Shown here: positions 11,340 to 23,052 of the stretch, piece after piece
Layout of the letters: each line of letters begins with the position of its first letter
Position numbering within the stretch: position 1 is the stretch's first letter
Source of the DNA: Geosiphon pyriformis uo1
Taxonomy: Eukaryota; Fungi; Glomeromycota
Assembly (NCBI GenBank): GCA_016748015.1
Contig: JAAOMT010000445.1
Location: forward strand, 486,874-550,873
DNA: 64,000 bases
Reading direction: 5' to 3'
Made by a program: the position numbers and the translations under genes
The notes under the pieces: generated by a model
Told to the model about the DNA's origin: nothing
Databases searched by the model: none
The model's input: only the letters and a program-made list of their open reading frames with translations

Positions 11340-14218
11340 AGACAGAGCATCCCCAAAAATACATAAAAGTGACGACTATTGAAACAATAGAAAAAGACCA
11401 CTCCTCATACAAAAAAGCACTATTTCAATACTTTTGAAAAGACCTAGGAATACCAGCAGGAACCACTTATGCAGAAAGTGATTTTTGTAACTATATCAAT
11501 GCAAAAATTGACTGCTTGTTAGACCATGCAACTGATACAGAAAGACTTGGAGAACAAATTCATCAAAGCTTACTAGAGTACTCAACAGCCACAACTACTC
11601 GAGCAATTGCTGAAACTCTGCGCATAATCAATACAAACATTAAATATTATGTGGCACAACAATTCCCTCAAGTACAACAACCAGTGGAATCCGACCCTGA
11701 GAAATATAAAAACGAATCCAACAACTCCATAACTGCCCAAGCCAAGTCTACGGTCAACAAGAAACCAAAAGTCCTGTCCCCAACAACTCCATTATACCAT
11801 CAGACACCCCAAAGTAGAATTGTATTCAACCCACCCCCAGAAACCCAGTCGGAAACACCACAAACTTCTGGAAATCTACACCCTTGGAATCAACACAGTT
11901 GGACCAAATCACTAGGAGAATATGAATCACTGTTTGGAAATCTTACCCCAGCAGCTGGTCAAACAGAAAGAAACCTGTCAACTTGGAAACAGCCACCAGC
12001 ACAAAACCTAGCAGAATCAGCATCTCCTCTGATGGAAAAAACAGCTATCCTACAACCTATTAGTTCAAGTGACAAAGGAAAGCAACTAGCATTAGCACTC
12101 AGAGAACACTCGAATACATGGACACCAATCCTTTTAAACATAACCAGTAACACCTCACCCATTAACCAGATCATGGCTTACCAGGATATTGCTAAATTGG
12201 AAAAATTCTCTAGTGAAGAAGATAATGCATATTTTTGGATCACGGACACCGAGAAAGCAATTACTGCTAATGGTTAGAACAACGACTATACAGTTCAGGC
12301 ACTGCCATTTTTTCTGACCAGAACCGCCAATTCGTGGTACCAGAGTCTGGCAGAGAAGCCTACCTCTTTTACCAAGTTTAAACTCGCATTTTTGCAATAT
12401 TTCTGTGACCCCAATACGTTAATCCGATTGCAGAATCAATTCAGCATAATTAAACAAAAAGATCATGAAGCAGTAACTACTTATCTCAAACGATTCAATT
12501 AAATCCTGCGTCAAATATTAGCTATCAAAAAGAACTACTACACCACGGTACAAGTTCTTAATCAATTCATTAAAAGATTGCAGAGTAGTATTCTAAGATC
12601 CATAAGACCCTGCCATCTGACCAGTTTACAAGACGCTGTTATTCTTGCTCACGATTTTAAGTCTGCAGAACAAGAAGCGAACCATACCTAAGCCATTAAT
12701 TTAGCCATTAACTGAACTTCTGACATCGATGCAAAGATAACCCAATTGAGTGAGAAATTAACTCAGAAAATTGAGAGATTTTTAGCTGGAACTACAGGAA
12801 CTTACCAACCACCCTAATGGAGAGAAAATAACAACAACAGCAGATATTCACAGCAACAGCAACAATCTTGGAAATCCGATCTCTGCAACTGCTACTACTG
12901 CCAGAAATCTGGACACATTGCCCATGACTGCAGAAGGAAAATCATGGACCAAAATCAAGAAAACCCATACCAGCAACCCAGATATCAGCAAAACATGGTA
13001 CCCCAATATTCCATATCTCAGAATCAACTACCTCTATATGCACAACAAGTCCCATACACTCAACCACTACCCCAGAATTATTATCAACTACCACCAATGA
13101 CACAAGCAATCCCTCACTATCAAACTTCCCCTTACAGCCCATCCAGACCTCCAGCTATAGACTATAATCAGGGATGAAGGAATCCCAACAACAATCAGGT
13201 GCAAACCAACAGCAGACTGTCTCGACCAATCCCTTGTGGTCCTGCCCAATCTTGACCAACACCAACTAAATACCTGAATCAAGCTTCCTATCTTGGTCTT
13301 ATAGAAGACCAGGATTTTGATAAATCTACACCTGTGGAAGGGGGGAATATAAAACAAATCTTCCAACCTTCCAAGCAAACAAAAAGCAATATCCCACTAG
13401 CTATTATTATTGAAGACACCACTCTAGCCACCATATTTTCTTTTGACATCGATAATTTGAACACACATAGCCTTTTTAGTGGAGCAGCCATCAATCAGGA
13501 TAAACCAATAATGGCCTTATACACTGATGCCAGAGTCAGAGGAATAGACATTAAATTAATCCTGGATAGCGGATTAGCCAGTAACATAATCATGAAGCAG
13601 CTCATAGACCAACTAGGTCACTGAGTAGACTGTGCTGCTACCGCCCAGATTATTACAACAGATGAAAACACAAAAACCCCGATAGGAAAAATTGACAACT
13701 TCCTCTTCAAGATTAATAAAATCCAAATTTCTACCAAAGTACTCATCATGAAAGCTACTGAGGACATGTCATTTCAAAATTTAACTAAGGATACCAAAAC
13801 AGAACAGTATCTTGTGTATCCTAACCTATCCAAAGAACTAGAGCTAAAATGGTACAGTGACAATGAGGAAGAAATCTGCCCCAAAAAAGTGCATGACACT
13901 AATGCCAGTTTCGACCTACAATACCCTGGACAATTACTCATTATTATAGCTCCACATTCCTTCGTAAAAATAAATCTTAAGATAGCGTTAGAAATTTCTG
14001 TTAGTACAATGATACAAGTTGCCTCTCAATCTAGTTTAGCCAAGAAAAAAATTGACATAAAAGGAAGAATCATTGATGCCGGTTACATAAGAAACATTGT
14101 CGTAATGCTACAGAACAATTCAGACAGACCTTACAAAATAGAATCACAAGAAAAAATTGCCCAAGCTATCTTCTTACCCCTAGTCAAAATACCCCAATTA
14201 ATTCTGGTAACAACCCAA
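11340..14218 (+). pseudogene. gag, protease (C-terminally deleted) and dUTPase motifs 1-4 of element D
   Basis: CYYCQKSGHIAHDC knuckle; ILDSGLAS; ASFDL, SQSSLA, IIDAGY, KIAQ. Confidence 0.9.
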
Positions 14219-15181
14219 TGTTACCAGACAAAATTAGAGATATTATTTAGCATGAAATTATCTTATAATTTCTATCATTAATTAGCATATATTATCGTTT
14301 CAAATTATCACTTATTACATTAGCAAAATATCCGAAATTATCATTTAATTAATAACCCAATTTGTACACAACACAAATGTAACCTAATTGCAATGATCAA
14401 TCATGCAATACCCCGAACTATGTAACATTTAAAAAGTTCGCCAAAATTTGTAAAAATTCACCAAAATAATTGATAGTTCACCGAAAAATTTAATAGTTTG
14501 CCAAAATATATCTTTAGTTCAGCAAAATTGTAAAAAATAGCAAAGTTCAAGTTCATAGAATAGTGTTATAACAAGTTGTATAAAAGAAAAACTTCTTTTT
14601 TCGAGAAAATGTATCTTACTTTAGATTTATCACTTAGAACTATTCCTATACATACAAAAAAAAATAAATATCAAATAATTTGAAAAAAAAACCAAGTTTT
14701 TTAATTATTGCACTTAGAAAATCCCCAAAACCTGACTAACATTTCGAAATTGATTAGCTACCAATTTCAGTAAACTGTTAGCGACTCCAGGCCTGGATAG
14801 AAAATGTTTTCCTTGACAGAATTCTATTTCTTTTACATTTCTTTTATTTTTCTTTTATTTTCTTATTACAATCATTAGGGTAGCCTACAGATGAGATTCC
14901 TGTAAAAGAATTAACTTTCACAGCAAATTAACTACACATTTTTAGTGAGCTTCCAGGCAAGCAATTCTTGGAAAAAAGTTGATGTTTATTACAACGTAAC
15001 TACATAAAGTAACTGGCAAGGAATTGGCCATTCTACTTATAAGCCCAGCAGTTCAAATTATAGAAAATAATTTAAAAGTAAATTCAGTTACTGGAGGTCC
15101 AACTACTTCCTGAAAACGTGAATTCACAGCAAATCAACATTACCAACATTTAAGAAAAGAGACCAAAAACCTCTGGTAACA
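14219..15181 (+). repeat. 5' LTR of element E
   Basis: TGTTAC...GTAACA; 20-bp-period array at ~14431-14530; polypyrimidine tract ~14821-14868. Confidence 0.95.
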
Positions 15182-17100
15182 TTTGGTGCTCTCCCACAGA
15201 AACAACACAGCAATAACAAATTCAAAGTGGCAACCGCCTCAGACATTACAACCCTAGAGTACTATCAATCGATTTACACACACTGTAAACAACAATTTGA
15301 AATACGCGACGGAATCATAGCTTTCAAGAAAACACTTTTTCAATACATCGAAAATCGAATCAACAACTACTTTTTTGGAAACTATAACATTACAACAGTT
15401 AAAAGAGATCTTCTTGAAAACATACTACACTATTCCAACACTAAAGCAGAAAACATTAGTGCTGAAGCTTGTGCTACTTATTTTGAGGAACTTGATTATA
15501 ATATTATTTGATTCTGTGAAGAAAAATATCCTGCAAATGCACAATTTGTTTTTGAACTCAAATCTGAACCTTAAACCAGTAGCAACAAAAGACAAAGAGA
15601 TAACTGACCTGTTTACACAACACCCAATACTCCCAAAATATTATTCAAACATTTACAAACACCTGAACAAGGAACCAGTTCAAAACTTCTACTTACTATC
15701 ACACCTTTTCCAGCTTCACTTGCACAAGCACAAACACCTAATTCACCCTTGAATCAATTTGCAAGACCAGAAGATTTTACATCACTTAGAAGTCCCACCA
15801 GATAACAAAAACCCCTTCAAACTAGTTCCAATCTCCTTGACTTTCTAGCTGAAAATCAAAGTGAACACTCTGAGACAGCAGCGAATGAAGAAAATGAACT
15901 TGAAATATCTAAAGAAGAATCAATAGACAGTAAAAACGAAGAAGACGAAATGACAACATACATCGCAAAAATCCCTGAATTTAATAAAGAAGACATTGAG
16001 ACCAGTCCCCAAGAATGGCTCGACCAAGTTACTAAAGCTAGAGATGTAAATGGATAGAATGCTGCCAGAATGTTAAGAACAATTCCCTACTTTCTCAAAG
16101 GAATGGCAGGAGAATGGTTTGAAAACCTGGCCGCTCCATTCAATGATTGAAATGTCTTCAAAGCAGCCTTTCTTGAACAGTTTACTGACAATAATACCTC
16201 CATCACCCTTTGCAATTGTTTTAAAAATATCAAACAAGAACCCTCCGAATCTGTTATAACTTATATTGGGAAATTCAACAAACTTTTCAGACAAATTCGC
16301 CAACTCGAAACAAACAATTATTATTCTGATGCTCAAATCTTGGATCAATTTATCGCTGGTCTAAAAGATAAACTAATTAAAAAGGTTTGCTCACATGCAC
16401 CAGAAGATTTAAACTCTGTCATACAGCATGCAAAAAGATACGAAATGGTCATAGAAAAGGCCAATCGTACCAAACTTGTAAATTTGGCAATTGGAAAAAC
16501 CAGCTTAGCAGCTGAGAAAAAAATTGACCAACTCACAAAGAAGGTTGAAAACTATTTCACCAATCAACAACAACAGCAACTCCAAAGATATCAACCACCC
16601 CAAAGATGACATCAAAATAACTTTGCACTACTTTTCAATAACCAATCTCAGAATTGTCATTACTATGGAATCTCTGGCCATTAGAAAAGAGATTGCAGAA
16701 AGCTGCAACGAGACCAACAAAATAGGAGTAATCAATGTCACCCTTCACTACAGCAATTTTATTATCAACCACCACCACCAACTTACTATCCACCAAGACC
16801 TCAGTACCAAAATAACTATTATCAGTCCGTTTTACAGCCAATCCAACAGCAATACCAGCAACCATCCACACAATATTATCAAGTACTCGCTCAAAGACTG
16901 ATTACACAAAATCAATTCACACCACAAAACCGATACCAAGTAAACAACAATAGAATTGGTTTGAACAACCAATTGGTTCTCCAAAATTCCATTCAACCAA
17001 AACCCAACCACTACCACACTCAACCCAGTTATTTAACAATGCCAGAAGAACAGGAGTTTCATCATACTGCACCTTCGGAAGGTAGAGCTGCAGCACAACA
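15182..17100 (+). pseudogene. gag of element E (long N-terminal extension, capsid-like core, CCHC knuckle, Q/P-rich tail)
   Basis: IPYFLKGMAGEWFE, IKQEPSESVITY, QFIAGLK, CHYYGISGH*KRDC in one frame with scattered stops. Confidence 0.88.
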
Positions 17101-17199
17101 ACAAAATTCTTTTCATAATCACACCACTATTCCACCAGCCCGAATTGCTGAAAACGTCAATCTCACTGATATTTTTCCTTTCGAGTTCGAAGCCAATGA

Positions 17200-17620
17200 A
17201 TCACTATTTCTACTTAGCAATACAGCTGCCAATGAACAAAAAGCAATCATGGCTATGTACACTGAAGCAGAAGTTAAAGGAAAGACAATTCGCTTGATCC
17301 TAGACAGTAGATCTGCCAGAAGCATTATCACCTACCAGTTGATGCAACAGTTGAAAAAAAATGTCGACTGACCAGCTCAAACAGTAATTATCACTGCTGA
17401 TGACATGAAAAAGACCCCAGTAGAAGAAATTGACAATTTTCCATTCACTCTTGATGGAATCACCATTCCAGTCAAAGTTCTTGTAATGGATGCACCCCAG
17501 TACCAAGCTCTCATCGGAAATAATTGGCTCCAAAAAGCCAATGCTAATCTGAATTGGAAAATACAAGAGTTAACAATTTCCTACCAAGGACGACATGCCC
17601 AGATACCTGCCACTTGTGGT
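17200..17620 (+). pseudogene. Aspartic protease of element E
   Basis: LILDSRSARS (mutated DSG), YQALIGNNWL. Confidence 0.9.
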
Positions 17621-17819
17621 ACATTCAACAAACGCTTTGAAAAAGTCCCAGCTTTTGAATTCGAACTGAAAGAGGAAAAACCCCTTATTAAAACATTCAT
17701 GGCACTTGGATCAACATCCAACTGGGCCAATGAAACAGAACAAAAACATTTTACCCTGCACCCTGAATCCGAAACCTCTGGATAGAATATATCTTACTCA
17801 AAACCCAAACCAAGGAAAC

Positions 17820-18450
17820 AATGCCCTTATATTCCCCTTAAATGTAAGAACTGCCACAAAAAACTATCGTCAATGGGAGCCTGCATTTTGCCTGAAAAAG
17901 AATATGAAAATCATACTTGTTATTACTGCAAAGCTTGCCACAGAGAACAATGGAGCCATCTAATAAAAAGGAGCGGAAAATAGGACAACACCTCCTGTTT
18001 GACTTGTGGAGATATGCTACTGGAAGAATGCAATTGGATTGATGTAGCCATGAGAGGAGGAGTCTGTGATCAGACCTGCCAATATGCTTTATCAATTTCA
18101 GAAAAAGTAAAAAGAGGAACACTCTTTAATGCAGCATACAGCAGTGCTCTCAACAAACTTTATCACTATCCCTATGATGTCAAAATGATTTTTGACCTAG
18201 CAACAGCATTAATTAATGGAGCTACCAAAGAAGATGTTTGCCAAATGAAGGAAGCAGAATACATTGAATACACCATGGAATTAGCTGGATTCGATTATGA
18301 AGACAAAGTAGAAGTCTACCACCAAATCACAAGTCACACCTACCCAACCCAAGAAGCTTAAATTTAATAATTAGAGCAAATGAACATTAGGCTATGTGAA
18401 GAATGCATTATGCCTTATAATGAACAGTGGTGTCCTGAATGCTATGCTCT
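17820..18450 (+). other. Cys-rich putative zinc-binding domain between protease and dUTPase
   Basis: CKNC, HTCYYCKAC, CLTC, CDQTC, CEEC, CPEC in frame; homologous segments in B, C and F. Confidence 0.75.
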
Positions 18451-18569
18451 TAGCATTCTCTTGCCCAGCAAAAATGATGAATACGAAATTAAATTTGGAG
18501 AACTTGAAGCAACAGAAGAAATTGAGACAATACCAATCTATCTCATTGAAAATCAGCCTGCTTTACAAC

Positions 18570-18995
18570 TCAAATATTTCAACAACAATGGACAAGGAAT
18601 AAAACCAGAAAAAGCCCACGAGATTGATGCTGGATATGATCTAAGATATCCAGGAAAAGATACTCTTACTCTCAAACCCAAATCTCTCACAAAAATCAAT
18701 CTTAAAATTGCCCTCAAAATCCCACCAGGAGCAATGGTTCAAATTGCTTTTCAATCATTCTTGGCAAGCAAAAGAATCAATGTTAGAGGAGAAATTATTG
18801 ATGCCAGATACACAGGAGACATCACAGTCATGTTACAAAATGAAACAGATAAACTTTTCAAAATTGGATATGCTGAAAAAATTGCTCAAGCTATCTATTT
18901 ACCCTTAATCAACATTTCGGGTTTACAATTAGTTAATCAAAAAAAACAGTTGGGAAAAAGCGAAAGAGGAATACAAAGTTTTGGTTCAACTGGAT
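18570..18995 (+). pseudogene. Trimeric dUTPase domain of element E
   Basis: All five motifs in order: AGYDL, (R)SxLA, IIDAxYTG, KIAQ, ERGIQSFGSTG. Confidence 0.92.
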
Positions 18996-19419
18996 GTTTC
19001 ACAGTTCTAATAAACATAGCTCTCAATAAACAGAAAGAATCTTACCAGATTTTACAACTTCCACAACCAATTACTATTTCACCCTTTGGAGAACACCCTG
19101 AAATTTACATTTGTAAAAAGCCAACAGTCACACAACAAATTTTTGAATTAAATGAACAAATCTGCTTGAAACATAATATTTCAATCCCAAACATTTATAT
19201 TCCAGAAGGAACAAAGAAAGTCCGAGTTATTTTTTACAATCCCAACAATTATCCCATAGTTTTATTAAATAACTTAGAAATTAGAATTATTCACAGTAAC
19301 ATTTTTCAACAAGAATTACTCCAAACAGTCCCCAATTTTTCTGAAATTATTGGACATTTACTACCAAAAATCAACCCAAACCCAGCTTCAAAAACTACCA
19401 TATTGTTATAAAAAAACTA

Positions 19420-20835
19420 TCTCAAATCAACATGGGACAACTTGAACCACAACAACAAAACCAGCTCAAGAAACTAATTGCAGATTTTGCCAATATCTTT
19501 GCCAAAAACAACAATGACTTAGGAAGAACCGATTTGGTACAACACCAAATCTATACAGGAGATGCCAAACCAAGATGACAACAAGCCTACTGAGTTGCTC
19601 CAGAAAGCCACCAATTTATCCGAAAAGAAGTACAATGAATGCTTAACAATAGGCTTATCCAACCATCAATGAGTCTATGGGCCTCACTGGTAGTCCTAGT
19701 TAAAAAGAAGAATGGAAAGATACGATTTTGTGTTGATTATCGACAACTCAACAGTGTTACCATTGGGAATGCTTACCCTCTTCTGTGAATCGATGACATG
19801 TTAGATGCCCTTGGAAAATCTAAATACTTTTCAACATTAGACCTAGAAAGAAGATACTAGCAAGTTGCCATGGATCCCAAGGACTGCCCCAAAACAGCAT
19901 TCACAACACAAGAAGGAAACTACGAATTTAATGTAATGCTCTTTAGATTATGCAATGCGCCAGCAACATTCCAAAGACTTATGGATATTGTATATGCTGG
20001 ACTCTTTTGGAAATCAGTAGTTGTCTATCTTGATGACACTGATGTTTATTTCCCATCTTTCGAACTTTATTTAATTCACCTGCGAAAAGTTTTTCAACAA
20101 TTACATAGAGCAGGATTAAAACTAAACATTGAGAAATGCCATTTTGGAAAAACAAGTTTGGCCTTTCTTGGTCACATAGTTAGTGAAAAAGGAGTCAAAC
20201 CAGATCCAGGAAAAATCAGTGCTGTTAAGAACTTCAAAGTTCCACAAAATACTACAGAACTAAGAGGATTCATAGGATTAGCATCCTACTATCGGAAGTT
20301 TATTAAAGGATTCTCAGAAATTGCAAAACCCCTCAACCAGCTCACCACCAAAAACGTTGAATACAAATGGACTACCGAACACCAAAAAGCTTTTGAAATT
20401 CTCAAGGAAAAACTGACAACAGCCCCAATTCTCGCCTACTTGGATTTCAGCAACCAATTTTGACTAGCTACAGATGCTTCATATACTGCTTTTGGTGCCA
20501 TCTTATCACAATTAGATGACAATGGAAATAAGCGAGTAATTGCTTATGCTAACAGAACATTAAAACCAGCTGAGAAAAACTACCCTGTCACAGAACTAGA
20601 AACAGCAGCCGTAATTTGGGCCCTACACCACTTCAACCTTTATCTCAGGCCTAAAAAATTCGATATTATTACTGATAATATTAGACTCAAATGGCTTCAG
20701 AACAAAAATACTCAGCTGAATGCAAAACAAACCCGATGGACAGAATTTCTAGCAAACTATCAATACATAGTACATCACAAACCAGGAAAACTTCATACCA
20801 ATGTTGACTGTCTCTCCAGAATGAAACAAGATTAG
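19420..20835 (+). pseudogene. Reverse transcriptase and RNase H of element E, ends ...LSRMKQD*
   Basis: RFCVDYR, KTAFTT, NAPATFQR, YLDD, TDAS, DCLSR. Confidence 0.95.
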
Positions 20836-20877
20836 AAAACAAAAACCAACTTAACCAACCAAAAGAGCCAACAAACA

Positions 20878-22263
20878 ATGAATTCAGAAAATTACAACAA
20901 TCTCAAACAATATTTGGAAACATTAACAATCCCAACAGATTGGTCTCCAGATGAAAAACATCGACTACAACAACAAGCCAAACAATATTTTCTATACAAC
21001 AACATTATTTATTATCAAAATTTCAAAAACCCAAACAAACCACTCAGATTAATACAAGAACAGAAAAAAGAGACCATATTATACAACATGCACTCAGATC
21101 CTTTATCAGCACACTTCGGAAAAAATAGCACCACTCAAAGAACACTAGAATACTACTTTTGGCCTCGAATAAGGAAAGACATTCATGAATATGTCAAATC
21201 TTGTGATAGTTGTCAAAGAAGAGGAGGAACACACCCTATTGAACCATTAAATCCAATCAAAGTTGGACAACCCTTTGACTGAGTTGGTATCAATTTAGTT
21301 GGACCATTATCTATTACCATTCAAGGAAACCGTTATATTGCAGTAGCTGTAAACTATCTTACTAAATGGCCCGAAGCCAGAGCCATTCAACGAGCAGATG
21401 CAAAATCAGTAGCAAATTTTATCTACGAAGACATCATTTGTAGACATAGATGTCCAATTGAACTTTTATCTGATCAGGGGACACATTTTGTAAACAACCT
21501 AATATAAGAAATTTGCAAACAATTCAATGTCAAAAGACCTCTGTCTTTGCCCTACTATTCACAAACAAATGGATTTGTGGAACGTTTTAACAGAACATTG
21601 TGTGAGTCATTAACCAAAGTCTTAACCGATTTTAAGCAAGAATGGGATATCTTTATTCCATCAGTGTTACTAGCATATAGAACACTAAAACAAAATACCA
21701 CAAAACACACACCATTTGATTTAACTTATGGAAGGACAGCAACACTACCAATTAAGTTCACAGTGGAAACATACCCAGCACAACCAATCAATGAAAACAA
21801 TTTTCAGGAAACACTTCAATGAAGAGCCTACACTCTGCTTAGCACATTGGAAGGAAAATGATAAATAGCAGCCACTCATATTGAACACTCCCAAGCTCGA
21901 CAAAAAGAACAGCATGATGACAAATTGCCTCCAGTCACCAATGAATTTAAAATTGGAAACAAAGTTCTCTTACACAGAACTAAAGCTGAAAAACAATGGA
22001 GTGGAAAATTTGAAAATAAATGAGATAGACCATTCTTTATCCATAAAGTCCTAGGCAATGGATCATACAAGCTAAGACTTAATGACAAAATCTTAACAAA
22101 AGTTGCACATAGAAATTGGTTGAAACACTATCATTCCAGAAACAATCCTGAACTATTAATTCCACAAATTGGTATACATTCCCCTTTAGTCAATCCCGAA
22201 GATATTCCCTGAAACTTAGAACCAATAGTTGTCATTAAACAACTTTCCAACCTGAACACTTAA
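20878..22263 (+). pseudogene. Integrase ORF of element E (own ATG, no chromodomain)
   Basis: H-x6-H...CDSC, SDQGTHF, QTNGFVERFNRTL, GPF remnant. Confidence 0.93.
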
Positions 22264-22363
22264 TTTAATTTTATTAGTTATTCCCTTATAATTTAGAAAT
22301 AATCAAAACAAAAATAATATAAAAACCCATACACCAAAAATAATTTTCTTTTATTCTCTTATA

Positions 22364-23052
22364 ATGACTATTCCTCAAAACATTCAACAATTATTCCAAA
22401 AACTAATGTTAGCTTTAAAAAACAATACCCAAATTATCTATTACTGTTACTGGAAACCACATTAATTATACCCAAACAGAAGTAGTTGCAAAATTAGCCC
22501 CAAATTTACGAAAATATTACCCATATAAAAAAAACACAAGAAGTTATTCTGGAATTCACCTGCCAGAACTTTTAAAGCTTGCTTTAAGAGAAAACCTAAT
22601 GCTTACTCCGATTAGTATTCCACCAAATGCTACAATTCAACAAAGACTTTAACTGTGTCTCAATGAGGAAAACACTGAATATCCTCCAATCTATAGATAT
22701 TTCTACATTGCAAAAACACTTTATGAATGGAAACTGGAACTTACAACAGCAAACCTCACAAAAGAAGCTATTTAGAAACAACTCCACAATGAATTCAAGA
22801 CAATAGCTGGACCAACAAACAGTCACTACAAGCTCAGAGCTGCTTTTAAACTTTATGATCTATTCCACACCTGTGAAAATGTTCTACAAAACCCAATTTT
22901 ACGATCTTTGAAGATACAATACATTGGAAAGCTCACAGAATTGAAATTTCAACAATTTTCAGACCAAATTTCTTCAATAATTTTGGATTATTATCTGGAA
23001 ATGACAGACAGTACTTGGACTTTTATGGGACTCAGTCTTGAGGAGGAGGTTA
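22364..23052 (+). pseudogene. ORF3 of element E, unknown function
   Basis: ATG at 22364; ...YRYFYIAKTLYEWKLEL...YKLRAAFKLYDLFHTCENVL...; runs into the PPT. Confidence 0.75.

Noticed and set aside
18570-18995. dUTPase as a direct counter to the C>T hypermutation
   Set aside because: dUTPase cleans the nucleotide pool and cannot prevent deamination of genomic cytosine; the sequence supports no link.
19400-19420. Programmed -1 frameshift between dUTPase and RT in E
   Set aside because: C and D have dUTPase and RT in one frame; E's shift lies in an A-homopolymer and is probably a copy-specific indel or sequencing error.
22364-23052. ORF3 as an env gene (errantivirus-like)
   Set aside because: Too short, with no signal peptide, furin site or transmembrane segment.
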